Source of the DNA: Chiloscyllium plagiosum
Lineage: Eukaryota
NCBI RefSeq assembly: GCF_004010195.1
Contig: NC_057719.1
Location: 73,770,928 to 73,834,927 of the forward strand
Direction of reading: 5' to 3'
Length of the DNA stretch: 64,000 nucleotides
Of the stretch, positions 38,680 through 50,045 are shown in pieces. Below the pieces are notes generated by a model that was given only the letters and a program-made list of their open reading frames with translations, was not told the DNA's origin and ran no database searches. Position numbers and translations under genes: made by a program. Position 1 is the stretch's first letter, and every line of letters begins with the position of its first letter.

Positions 38680-40020
38680 CTCCACTCTGGTCATCTGTAA
38701 TTGTCATTATTTGTCTTGAGGGTTTCTGTCTCTCTCACTCTTCAGGGAGTGAGTTTCAGATACCCACCACCCTCTGGATGAAATTTCTTTCCTCAAGTCC
38801 CCTTCAAACCACCTGCTCCTTTCCTTCAAACTGTGCCCCCAGGTTATTAACCCATCCACTAAGAGGAACAGTTTCTCCATTTCAACCGTATCTATGCCCC
38901 TCAGAACCTCATCCACCTCAATCAGATGGACCTTAGAGCCTTCTCTGCTCTAAGAAAGTCAACCTCAGCTTAGCTAGTTTATCTTCATAGCTTTTGCTGC
39001 ACCCCTCCAGTGCAATCACATCCTCCCTTCAGCGTGGTGATCAAAACTGCACACAACACTTCAGCTATGACCTAACTAATATTATACACAGCTCCATCAT
39101 AACCTCCTTGGTTTTGTTTTCAATACTCTGATTAATAAAGGCAGATATTCCCTCTCTTCCTTCACTGCCTTATCTACCTATCTTTAAGGATCTACGGACA
39201 TATATGTCTCTCTGACCCTCCGTAATTCCTGGACTCCGACCATTCAATGTGCACTTAATTGTCTTCTTCTCCCAAAAAGCATCACTTCACACTTTCCTGA
39301 ATTAAGTTCCATTTGTCACTGTCTCCCATCTGACCAGCCGTCTATATCATCCTGTAGTCTAAGGCTTTCCTTCTGTCTATTTGCTGCACTAGTTATTTCT
39401 GTGTTATCTGCAAACGTACTGATTATAACTCCTATGTTCATTCATGTGCACAACAAACAGCAAGGGACCCAACACCAAACCATGCAGTACGCCAGTGGAT
39501 GCAGGTTTCCAGTCACAAACACATCCTTCGACCATGAAGCCAATTTTGGATTCAATTGCCAAGTTGCCTTTGATCTCATGGGCTCTTAACTTGTTTACCA
39601 ATCTGCCATGTGAAGCTTTACCAGAGTCCTTGTAGAACTACGTTAATGATACTACCTCATTGTCACACCTAATCATGTTCTTGAAAAATTCAGTCAAATT
39701 TTTTAGACATGATGTCCCCAGGATAAAATCATGCTGACTATTTTTGATAAATCCATGCCTCGCTAAGTGGAGATTAATTCTGTTCCTCAAAATGTTTTCC
39801 AAAAATTTCCCTGCCGTGATGTTAGACTCACTGGCCTCTAGTTTCCTGGTTTATCCTTACTAACCTTCTTGACTAATGGCACATTTGCTGCCCTCCAGTT
39901 CTCTAGAACCCCTTGTGTAGCCAGAGGGAATTTGAAAATTAATGTCACAACTCCTGCAATCTCCTTCCTTGCCCCTGATACAGCTTGGGATGCATCTTAT
40001 CGCATCCAGAGATTCATCTC
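38680..40020 (-). mobile_element. CR1 LINE, about 1.3 kb degenerate RT region
   Basis: KLRAHEIKG...WKPASTGVLHGLVLGPLLF, a GVPQGSVLGPLLF relic; KPGN*RPVSL at about 39825-39855. Confidence 0.9.
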
Positions 40021-42261
40021 TCTTATTCAGATAAAAGCTGCAGAACTGCCCAAAAAGACTCTGATTCTAGTTCAGAGAGTCAAGGACATTTGCAGAGAGT
40101 CCTGGGGTGCAGGAGAATTGCTCATGAGACATTTCAACTTTCCAGCTAATTGCCACTTTCAAAAAGAGACAAGACTCAAATACATGCCTTCTGATAGCAG
40201 AGAAAGGGTCCCTGTGTATGAATGTGTAATACTTCCAGTCAGTGTAAGACAGCCATAGTACAAGCTTTAACCTTTTTTTAGAAATACTGAGGATCTTGAG
40301 GAGCCTAAAATTCTCTGTTGCTTTCCGCATGGCAACACCTCGACCAATCAGTCAATTTGTCAACCTATCAGCATCCTTTTCTCCTGTAGTATTAATTGTG
40401 ACGATCATTCGAAATTATCATTCTTGTGTTTGTCCTAATTAGTGCAGGATGAAAAACTTTGTCAAGATGTTTCTCTTTTCATTTTAAAAATAATAGTGAG
40501 TCTAAGCAAACGCCCCCCCAAAAAAATGAGACTTAAGAGTTGCAGGTGTACAGCTTGCATCAAACTCCCGACACAACCTTCGCCGTAGCCTTCAACTGGT
40601 TCAATGTTTCACATCTGGGACAAAGAACCTGTCAGATTTCCTTTATGATGCACACTATCAGCTATTCTAATATGTATCAGTTTTAATTACATATTAAGGT
40701 GTTTGTTCATCACAAAAGGTAGAAATGCAACAGAACCATTTATAGTAAGCTTTCAGCCTCGAAAATATTCTCTGTTGCAATACTTAACTTCAGTTATTGT
40801 AACTTTTGAAATTACTTTTGTTTTCCTTACAGCAGTGTTGATGCATGTACCATCAGGTCCTTGGACAGGTATCTCTCCTCATTTATCAGGCACTTTTGTC
40901 AGATGTATTCTTGTGACATGTCAGGGGACAATTAAGCTGTTAATAGTTTTTTTGTGCAAAGCTTGGGGAGAAGAATGTTTTCATGCCAGATGTTGTAACT
41001 CCAGGCTAAATAGGACACCATTTTATATCTATAAACATCAAAATAACCAGACTACACCTGCTAGACTGTAGCCTCAAGCTGTATGCATCAACTGTTGCTG
41101 ACATAATACCGTACTCACTTATATTTTTCGTCAATCAGGGATTTACATTTATACCCTTCTGCTATTTGTTTAAAACTCTTGATGTCAGCAAATCTATCCC
41201 TTTCTTGTTTCCTAACAGCAGGAATGAATATCCTCGATGACTGGTAGGTAATTCTACTTTAGTAAGTTTGCTTTTGTTAACAGCTAGCGATTGTTTTTGT
41301 TCTGAATCGTATGAAGTATGTTTGACATGTTGAAATGTAGAGCAGTTTCAGTGTCAGTGTTATTATCCAGAGGTCATGTTCAGGCATCAACACCTTTCTC
41401 ATTATTTGTGCAGTGGAATTCAGCATTCAAAATCCCAGATGTCTTCTAGAAAGACTATAGGAGAGAAATGCTGGTCAGCAATCCTCTTATGAAGGCTTTG
41501 CTGTGCTTGTGTGATATTTTGAAGTGATAAGTGTCAGTCTAGTCCTCTCAGGAATGCACAGAACTGCAGCCATTTCTGAGGTTCACTGATTGGAATCATT
41601 ATGCTCACACCATTGAATTTAGGCCGACTGGTGATTATGTCTTTTCTTCTGAGTGCAGTGTATGAATTGCTTCATTTGTGAACACAATCAGAAGCCTCGT
41701 TGCTGCTTGGGACTGTGCTGTCCAGAAATTGGCTACCGTGGACCCTACAACAATGATTACAACCAAAAGTACTTGATTACAAAGTGTTCTAGGAAGTCCT
41801 GCAGTCATAAAATGTGCTGTGTGAAAGCAATTCTTTGTTTCATTTGTTATGACCCCTGTCGAGAGCAACAAATAAACAATTGAATTGATTAAACAATTCC
41901 AAAGAAAAAGCCATTAACAGGATTTCACTTTTGAAAACGTCGACTATAACAATCAAACTAAAATCAAGATAAACTAAACATGAATAAACAGGGCAATTTG
42001 CATACCTTAAGTAGCAGGTACACCACAAAGCAGTGCATTTACCAGGTATACTGTACACCAATTTCACCTGCAAAGTCCTTTGAAACTTTGAGCTTCATCA
42101 AGCTAGTTTCCAACTCCTTTTTCTCATTCAATGTTTAGCCAGCAAATCCCATCTGACAGCAGTTTTGCACCTTCCAACTTCCGTGAGTACAAGTTTGATA
42201 TTTTCCCAGATCCCGCCCATCCCAGCTCCCAAATTCATCCTACTTGGTTTTATTTATTCCC

Positions 42262-42600
42262 CTTTTTAGTTTCAAAAATATATTTTATTCATAAAAATAT
42301 TTTTATATATGACATAGTCCCTTAAGCAGATCTGTTCTGTACAATAGTATATCAAGAAACAAACAAACATTGAAGTTTGACTCTATCCATCAAACAAACC
42401 AAAGGCAGTTCTTCATTTTGTACATGACTAAATTTATTTATATTTGAGGCACCGGGAGGGGAGTGCGGTGGGGGGAGGGGAGCTGCGATTGTCCAATAAC
42501 TGAATGGACCCCCATTTAATTTTGGCTGAAAGACCACAAAGTTGTCTTTCCCCAGTGCGCCTGTGGCATCCCTCAGCACGTAGTCCTGGGAGAACCTTTT
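42262..42600 (-). mobile_element. L1-Tx1 LINE 3' end
   Basis: QDYVLRDA...WGKTT ORF2 C-terminal relic and the tail tatgaataaaatatatttttgaaa. A second tail copy at about 42605-42860 is split by the MITE. Confidence 0.7.
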
Positions 42601-42619
42601 TCTAAATTTCAAAAATATA

Positions 42620-42838
42620 CAGTCAGTTCTTCTATAACGTGATGGTTGTGTTCTTGCACAACCCCGTGTTATAGAAAAAATGTGCTTAAGAAACAACACT
42701 TAAAGTGTTGGCGATGTAATCCCGTTATCGCCAACACATGTTTTAAAATCTCACACTGTGGTAACAGCGTATCCAATTCATCAATCACGTTACAGCAAAT
42801 TTGCGATAATGAAATGCGTGTTATAGCAGAACAGCCTG
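42620..42838. mobile_element. Tc1/mariner-superfamily MITE
   Basis: TA|CAGTCAGTTCTTCTATAACG...CGTGTTATAGCAGAACAGCCTG|TA. Confidence 0.8.
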
Positions 42839-42872
42839 TACTTTATTCATAAAAATATATTTATTTATTTAA

Positions 42873-43053
42873 TTAAAAATCATAGAACACCTGGTTATAG
42901 TCCAACAGGTTTATTTGGAAGCACTAGATTTCGGAGAGCTGATGAAAGAGCAGCACTCCAAAAGCTAGTGCTTCCAAATAAACTGTTGAACTATAATCAG
43001 GTGTGTGATTTTTAACTTTGTACACCCAAGTCCAACACCAGCACTTCCAAATC
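42873..43053 (+). mobile_element. Fold-back Penelope-like element (family B) with mutated hammerhead motif
   Basis: Inverted arms of about 60 bp around CTGATGA (42939-45)-aagagc-agc-actcc-AAAA-GC-TA-gtg, sitting in an (ATTT)n tract. Confidence 0.75.
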
Positions 43054-43139
43054 ATTTATTTATTTATTTATTCCAGCCAACCTACACTCCTCTTCAGCTC
43101 AGAGCTGGTCATTTTGACCCTTTTGCATGCAGCCCTCCA

Positions 43140-43870
43140 AAGTCTTGGCAGGACTTATACATTTAATGGTATGGTCCTGGAGGGTGTGGCTGCACAAAGA
43201 GATCTTGGAGTGCAGGTTCATAGCTCCTTGAAAGTGAAGTCGCAAGAAGATAGCATAGTGAAGAAAGTCTTTAGAATGCTTTCCTTTATTGGCCAGAGTA
43301 TTGATTACAAGAGTTGAGAGGTCATGTTGCAGCTGTACAGGACATTGGTTAGGCCACTTTTGGCATATTGCGTGTGATCTGGTTTCCTTTGTATCGGAAG
43401 TATGTTGAGAAACTTGGAAGTGTTCAGAAAAGATTTACAAGTATGTTGCCAGGGTTGGAGGACTTGAGCTATAGGGATAGGTTGAATAGGCGAGGGCTGT
43501 TTTCTCTGGAGTGTCAGAGGCTGAGGGGTGACCTTAAAGAGGTTTATAAAACCATGAGGGGCACAGATAGGCTAAATAGACAAAGTCTCTTCCCTGGGGT
43601 GGGAGAGTCCAGAACTAGTGAGCATAGGTTTAGGGTGAGAGGGGAAAGATATAAAAGAGACAACTTTTTCACGCAGAGGGTGCTGCGTGTATGGAATGAG
43701 CTGTCAGAGGAAGTGGTGGAGGCATCTGGATGGGTATATGAATAGGAAGGGTTTGTAGGGATATGGGCCGGGTGTTGGCAAGTGGGACTACGTTGGGTTG
43801 GGATATCTGGTCGGCATGGACAGGTTGGACCGAAGGGTCTGTTTCTGTGCTGTACATCTCTATGACTCTG
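43140..43870 (+). mobile_element. CR1 LINE 3' fragment
   Basis: RDLGVQVHSSLKV...VQKRFTSMLPGL...FFTQRVLRVWNEL. Confidence 0.93.
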
Positions 43871-44496
43871 TGACCTTTTAATTTGAATTTATTGCCCTCT
43901 CTTGGGAAATATGAACACTACCTATAGAAACCAAATCAATTTGGACTTGGCTGTCTTCTCAACTGCAAAAGTGCCATCTTCAACTCATAGACGTAACTTA
44001 TTCTATTTTCAAATGTATTCAAAGTCCCTCTTGGAAACCCAATTAAAATCAAGTTGGCTGCTTTCCCCTGATTAACAGATGAGACTCCATCATACTTGCT
44101 GTGCGTAAATATCTGTTTGTACGCTGTAACCATTTCAAATGAAGTTGGAACAAGTATTTTTGATGTGCCGATAAGGAAGCAGTTCAAAACATGATCTAAC
44201 ATTCTTTCGAAATAATATAACTTGATCCGCAGAATCTAAATGTGATCCTTGGAAAGACATTAAAACAAATCATTAATGTATGGAAGAATAACCTTGTATC
44301 TTAACCAGTATTTTTTGTGTGTGTGTCCTACTGGGCAGCCCATACTCTGCCAATGCTTTATCACTTCATCTATATTTATACAGCCTAGTTATGCACAATC
44401 CAATAATTTACAACTGCATCGAAAGGTCAATGAATAACAAGGATCTGGGGGAAAAGGATTATATCAGGTATGGGAGGGATTTAATTAAACACTCAA

Positions 44497-44718
44497 ATGA
44501 AAGCAAATTATGGTGGATGCTGGGGATCTGAATTAAAAGCAGAAAGTGCTGGAGAAACTCAGCAGGTTTGGCAGTTTTTATGGAGCGAGAAACACTGTTG
44601 ATGTTTCCAGTCCATTCAGTTCTGAAGGACAGTCATCCCAGACTCGGAGTGTAACTCTGTTTCTCTCTCCACAGATGCTGCCAGACCTGCTGAGTTTCTC
44701 CGGCATTTTCTGTTTTAT
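44497..44718 (+). mobile_element. Fold-back Penelope-like element (family C) with degenerate hammerhead
   Basis: Inverted arms at 44541-44574 and 44678-44711. AGTT-CTGAAGG-ac-AGTC-atccca-GACT-c-GGAG-tgt-AACT at 44618-44656. Confidence 0.65.
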
Positions 44719-45689
44719 GCACAGACAACTAATGGCAAACACTAAAAGAATCTATTGACAGTCTGAAATGATCATTCATTTCCTAAAGGAATAAAAAGAA
44801 ATCCCCGTGGGAAAAATGATTCAACTTTGGCCAATGAGAAGTTAGTATTAAAGGAAGAAACTGTCAAAAGGATGAGAAAGAGGATCTTAAAATGCAGAAA
44901 ATCTGAAAAGACTCAATGATTTGTCATCTGTTTTGAATGACTCCATTGGGTGGACAAGTGCAATATATCCAGGTTTGCTGTTGATTCAAAGTGAACTGGG
45001 AAAGTAGACTTAGCGGAGGATGCAAAGAGTCTGCACATGTGACAGGTAGAGTAGAATAGGAACAAAATAGAAAAGCACCATGCTTTTGTATGGTACAGGA
45101 TTGAGCATTGTTACTGAAGAAAAACCTGGGTAATCTTGTACATGAATCACAGAAAGTTCAGATACAGAAAGCAATAAACAATGCAAATCACATATAGCTC
45201 TTCATTACAAAGGGAGTGGAAGATAAGCTCTACAATAATTATGTAGGTCAGTCTCAAGTCTAAAAAGTAATGAATTTACATATTATTAACTAAATACCAG
45301 AATGATCCCTGATGGGAGTAAATACAATGTAGCAATTAACACTTCTCTCATTTTGTTTTCGGTGACAGGGATGTTCTGAGGCACCTTTGAAAATCTTTTG
45401 GCACATTCAGAAAGCATGATGTTTCTGCAGATTTACACCGTTGTACATTGACTAGTGGTCTCCTTTGACTCTGAGCTTTATCATGTTACCATTAGTTAGA
45501 AAAAAATGCAGTGTTGAAGAGGGATGAAATCAACACAAAGTAGACTTTGTTTATATTGTAAGAAAAATGAACATGTCGTGGAGATCAAAACGAGAGCAAT
45601 TTCATTTCCTATCTGGGTTTCCCAGGCATTCACATTCATAAGGAATATATTTTTTCCAACCCCATCTAAAAACAGCATTTAGAAGTCTG

Positions 45690-46170
45690 AACAGTCAAAG
45701 CACCCCTGAATGTTGATGTTCAATGACATTACTAGTGCTGAATTCCACAACACAAACATCCTGGGTGGTATGATTAACTAGACATTTACCTAGCTCAGGT
45801 AAAAACAATGACTGCAGATGCTGGAAACCAGATTCTGGATCAGTGGTGCTGGAAGAGCACAGCAATTCAGGCAGATTTCGAAGCTTTTCGGATGCTGCCT
45901 GAATTGCTGTGCTCTTCCAGCACCACTGATCCAGAATTTACCTGGCTCAGTCATTTAAATGCTGTGACTAGAAGAACAGGTCAGAGACTGACAGTCCTGC
46001 AGTGAATAATTCAATTTGTGTTTCCCCAGAGCCTGTGCACTATTTATGAAGCACAAGTCTGCAGCATGATGGAATACTCTCCTCTTCCCTGGATTAGTGC
46101 AGCTCCAACAACAGTCATGGAATGTGACACAATCCAATTACAGCAGCCCACTTAATAGACATCTCATCAT
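45690..46170 (+). mobile_element. CR1/L2-group LINE fragment (second family)
   Basis: SHLNAVTRRTGQRL and QSLCTIYEAQV.SMMEYSP relics. Related pieces lie at 47230-48330 (-), 50290-50820 (-) and 61620-62070 (+). Confidence 0.7.
45799..45937. mobile_element. Fold-back element with perfect 43-bp inverted repeat
   Basis: Arms at 45832-45874 and 45895-45937. TSD atttacctagctcag/atttacctggctcag. Confidence 0.9.
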
Positions 46171-46264
46171 AAAATTCACCCATGGATCTCATTGAAACTT
46201 ACAGAATACTGAAAGACCTGGATAGAATGGATGTGGAGAAGATGTTTCCACCAGTAGGATTATA

Positions 46265-46925
46265 TAGTGCAGTAATTTATCGTCACTTGTACTTATGAAA
46301 ATACAGTGAAGAGTGTATAAGTCGCCACAATCCGGTGCCATTTTAAAAACAGAAATTATATGTAAAATAAAATTGAGGCAAAGTGAAGACAAAGTCCATT
46401 TTGTTGTTCGCACCACGACTCTTGGGTGTCTGAATTGGATATGGGAATGATGCCGCCAAAGATGCAAGCAGGAAGGACCGAATCCACAACACTTCCACCG
46501 CTGCCAAGGGAGCCCCTCGTCGCCGTCGCAAGGACTTCAGAGATGACCCACCAAGCTGCCCCATTCAAAGCCATCTATCCAGCCACCGCCACAGCCAGGA
46601 GACCGTCCAAATCCCGAGGACTGAGGGGCAGTCCAAATCCCCAAGGAAATGGAATCACCATACGGCCTTCACTGACGGCCATCGTGGTCATGAGGAAACG
46701 GACCGGATCCGCTGCTAGTATTTTCAATAATTTAATACTTTAAATCCATAGCACCTCCCCACAACCTCCCTCCATTACCACAGCTGCAGAGAAAGAAGAG
46801 ATAAATGAATTTGATATGAAAGGTAAGTGAAGAAAATTTGAAAAAGAAGGATGCAGCCGGCCAGGTGAGCGGGAGCAGACGGGCCTAGGAGCCCCAACAC
46901 TTCCTACCTGACTGCCGCCATATTG
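46265..46925 (-). mobile_element. GC-rich non-autonomous retroelement nested in a CR1 fragment
   Basis: Minus strand starts caatatggcggcag and ends cttcactgtatttt...gtacaagtgacgataaa. CR1 sequence resumes on both sides (46190-46260 and 46926-47170). Confidence 0.6.
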
Positions 46926-47229
46926 GCAAAGGCAAGAGGACACAGCCTCAGAATGAAGGGAATACCCTACCAAACTGGGAAGAGGAGGAATTTCTTCATC
47001 CAGAGGATGGTGAATTGGTGGAAGTGATTTCCACAGAAGACTATGGAGATTGAGTACCTTTAAGACAGAGGTAGAAAGGTTCTTGATTTGTAATGGATCA
47101 AGAGTTGCAGGGAAAAGGCAGGAGAATATGGTTGGGAAACTTACCAGCCATGATTGAATGCAGAATGGTCCAAATGTGACTAAAATGCACCAATTAAAAT
47201 GCAGTCCAAATACGATGTACTTTCTGGCC

Positions 47230-48330
47230 AATGCTATCCTCCAGAATGTATATATTAGTATTCACCAATGGTAATACTATTGAATATCAAGAGTCTATGC
47301 TTAGATTCTCTTTTAGTGAAGATGCTCATTAAGTGGTACTTCTGTGGCCTGAATGTTACTTGCCACTTGTCAGTTCAAGCCTAGATATTGTCCAGTTCTG
47401 GCAGCATATGGACATGAGCAGCTTCAGTATCTGAGCCATCACAACTGGGACTGAACACTCCAACCATCACTGAACATTTCCACCACTAACCTTATGATGG
47501 AGAGAAAATCATTGATGAAATATTGAAGATGGTTGGGACTAGGACACTATCCTGAGGGACTCCTGTAAACATGTCCTGGAGCTGGGATAACCAACCTCCA
47601 ACCAGCCACAATAATCTTCTTTTGTGTCAGCTATGACTGTGAAAGCTGAATTTTTTTCCTTATTCCCATTGACTCCAGTTTTGCTGGAATCCTTTGTGCC
47701 AAACCTGGTGATGATGAGGGCAGTCATGTCCATCTCTAGAATTCAGCTCTTTTGTCAATTTTGGACCCATATTGTAATAAGACCAGGAGCTGAGTGATCT
47801 TTGCAGGAACCAAACTGAGCAGGTTATTTCTGAGCAATGCCACTTTATAGCACTACTGATGATGCCTTCAATCATTGTGCTGATGATTGGGAGTCAACTG
47901 ATAGGGCAATAATTGGCTGGGTTGGCAATTTTCCACATTGATGGGTCACATACCAATTTTGTAGCTGGATCAAGTTGGCTAGCACTGCAGATCATTCTGG
48001 AGCACAGGCTTTCAGGTCTATTGCAATATGTTGTAAGAGTCCACAGACTTTGCATATCCAGCACCTTCAGCCTTTTTTTTGATGTCACATGCAGTGAATT
48101 GAGTGATCACTGAAGACTGGCAGCTGTGATGTTGGAGGAGGCTGGGATGGGTTAACAACACAGCACTTGTGACTGCAGTTGGGTGCAAACCATTCAGCCT
48201 TATCCTTTGCACTAACATGCGAGGCACCCACATCTTTGGAGATGGGCATGTTTATGGCATCCACCCCCCCCCCCCCCCCCCCCCGCCACCCCCCTCTTTT
48301 TCATTGATTAGTTGTCCACCAGCATTCAAT
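47230..48330 (-). mobile_element. LINE RT relic
   Basis: ANPANYCPIS (NYRPIS motif), DMTAL and PQDSVL relics. Confidence 0.8.
48263..48293. repeat. Poly-C tract
   Basis: About 21 consecutive C residues, then a C-rich stretch. Confidence 0.9.
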
Positions 48331-49607
48331 GTGGCAGGACCGCAGAGCTGAGATCCGACCTGTTGGTTCACCTTTGCCACACCCATTGTTTCCTCCACTT
48401 GATGGTCAACATGGAGGAGCTCTGATTCATCTGCCAAGGTTGGAATGGGAAGTGGCCATTAGCAGGAAGTTTATTTGCCCACATTTGACCAGATGCCAGG
48501 AGACTTCAAGAGGCCGAGAGTCAATGTTGAGGAGTCTCAGGGCAACTCCGATCCTGACTATATGTCACTGTGCTGCCACCTCTGCTGGGTCTGTCTTGCC
48601 AATGGGATAGGACATGCACTGGGATGATGATGGTGGTGTCCGGTACATTGCCTGGTCTGATTTTGTCATTGCCTTTTGGTTCTCCTCTTCTTCCACCCAA
48701 GTTAAATCTAGAAATCAGTGAGTTTGAGATGTCTTCACAACACACTACCAATTCTTTGACTATTTAACCTGTACTAAACCTGACCTTGTTTAAATATCAT
48801 TTGCCAACTGCCCCCTCCCATAGGCACTGATTTTAACAGAATGTTAAATTAGTTACTCTCCTAGATTCAAAATGGCAAAAGAAATTATGCAAAATTCTGC
48901 TTCCACGGTGCAAAAACCTGGTGAGAATTCAGGACTGATTTCTTTTGACATGTAGAAGATTGTCCTGTTAATGTTCCAATTTAGCTTGTTTCAATAACCC
49001 TAATTTCTCTCAAAAGATCAACTTGAATTTACCTCAGCAACATTATACAGCCAAAGTTTCTAAAGACAAGAAATTAAAGGGTTTCAAGGAAGATTTTAAT
49101 AACATTGAGTGACAACCCCAGAAAGAGCTGTTATCCGAATGCGTCCTGTATTAGATGAACAAACCTAACACTTAAATAAAATTTACTGAAGCCTGCATAG
49201 GTCTCTTGGGGATCGCATTGGGAACTCTAGCAGGTGTTTATTCAATCCAGATGGCAAAAGCTACTAGGCTTTGTTGCTTAAACACAGCAGAGTTATAAGA
49301 GCAGATGCTCTGTTAATGGTCTCCGAGCTTTTCTGTAAGACGTTCAAATTCCTGTCATTGCTGTGCATTGTTTGTGAAGTCAATCTCTTATTTACAGCTT
49401 CCAGTAAGAGCAGTCATTTCAGACAGCTCTTGATCCAGATTGTCTTCCTAGCAGTTATATCAATGACATGACCTCTTGAACTGTTGCAGTCCATTTTTAA
49501 AAATTCTTATTTTTTCAAAGGATATGAGAGATGCCGGCATGTTCAGGATTCATTTCCCTTTCCCAATCAGCCTCATTTCAGAGGACAGTTAAAAGTCACT
49601 CACATTG

Positions 49608-50045
49608 GGAAGCATGGTGGCTCAGTGGTTAGCACAACTATCTCACAGCATCAGGGTCTTGGGTTCAATTCTTGCAGCTATCTGTCTGAAGTTTGCACAT
49701 TGTCTGCATGGGTTTCCTCTGGGTGCTCTGGTTTCTTCCCACAGTCCAAAGATGTGCAGGTTAGCTGGACTGGCCATGCTAAATTGTTCATAGTGTTCAG
49801 AGATGTGCAGGTTAGGTGGTCATGATTTGGAGGTGCCGGTGTTGGACTGGGGTGTACAAAGTTAAAAATCAACACCAGGTTATAGCCCAACAGATTTATT
49901 TGGAAGCACTAGCTTTCGGAGCTCGTTCATCAGGTGGTTAGATGGATTAGCCATGAAAATGCAGAGTTATAGAGTCGAGGTGGGGGAGGTCTGGGTAGTC
50001 AGCTCTCTGGGTGGGCAGCTGCTTCCACACGGTGGGGATTCTACA
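49608..50045 (+). mobile_element. HE1-type SINE interrupted by a hammerhead element
   Basis: tggctcagtggttagc head. Insert at 49820-49936 with TSD gttaggtgg/gttagatgg. Confidence 0.85.
49907..49936 (-). ncRNA. Minimal hammerhead motif (family B)
   Basis: Minus strand CAC-CTGATGA-acgagctcc-GAAA-GC-TA-GTG. Core intact, stem I CAC/GTG, palindromic AGCT stem III, stem II shortened. Confidence 0.7.

Noticed and set aside
48252..48437. Poly-Gly/poly-Pro ORFs
   Set aside because: These are artefacts of the poly-C tract within a LINE relic.
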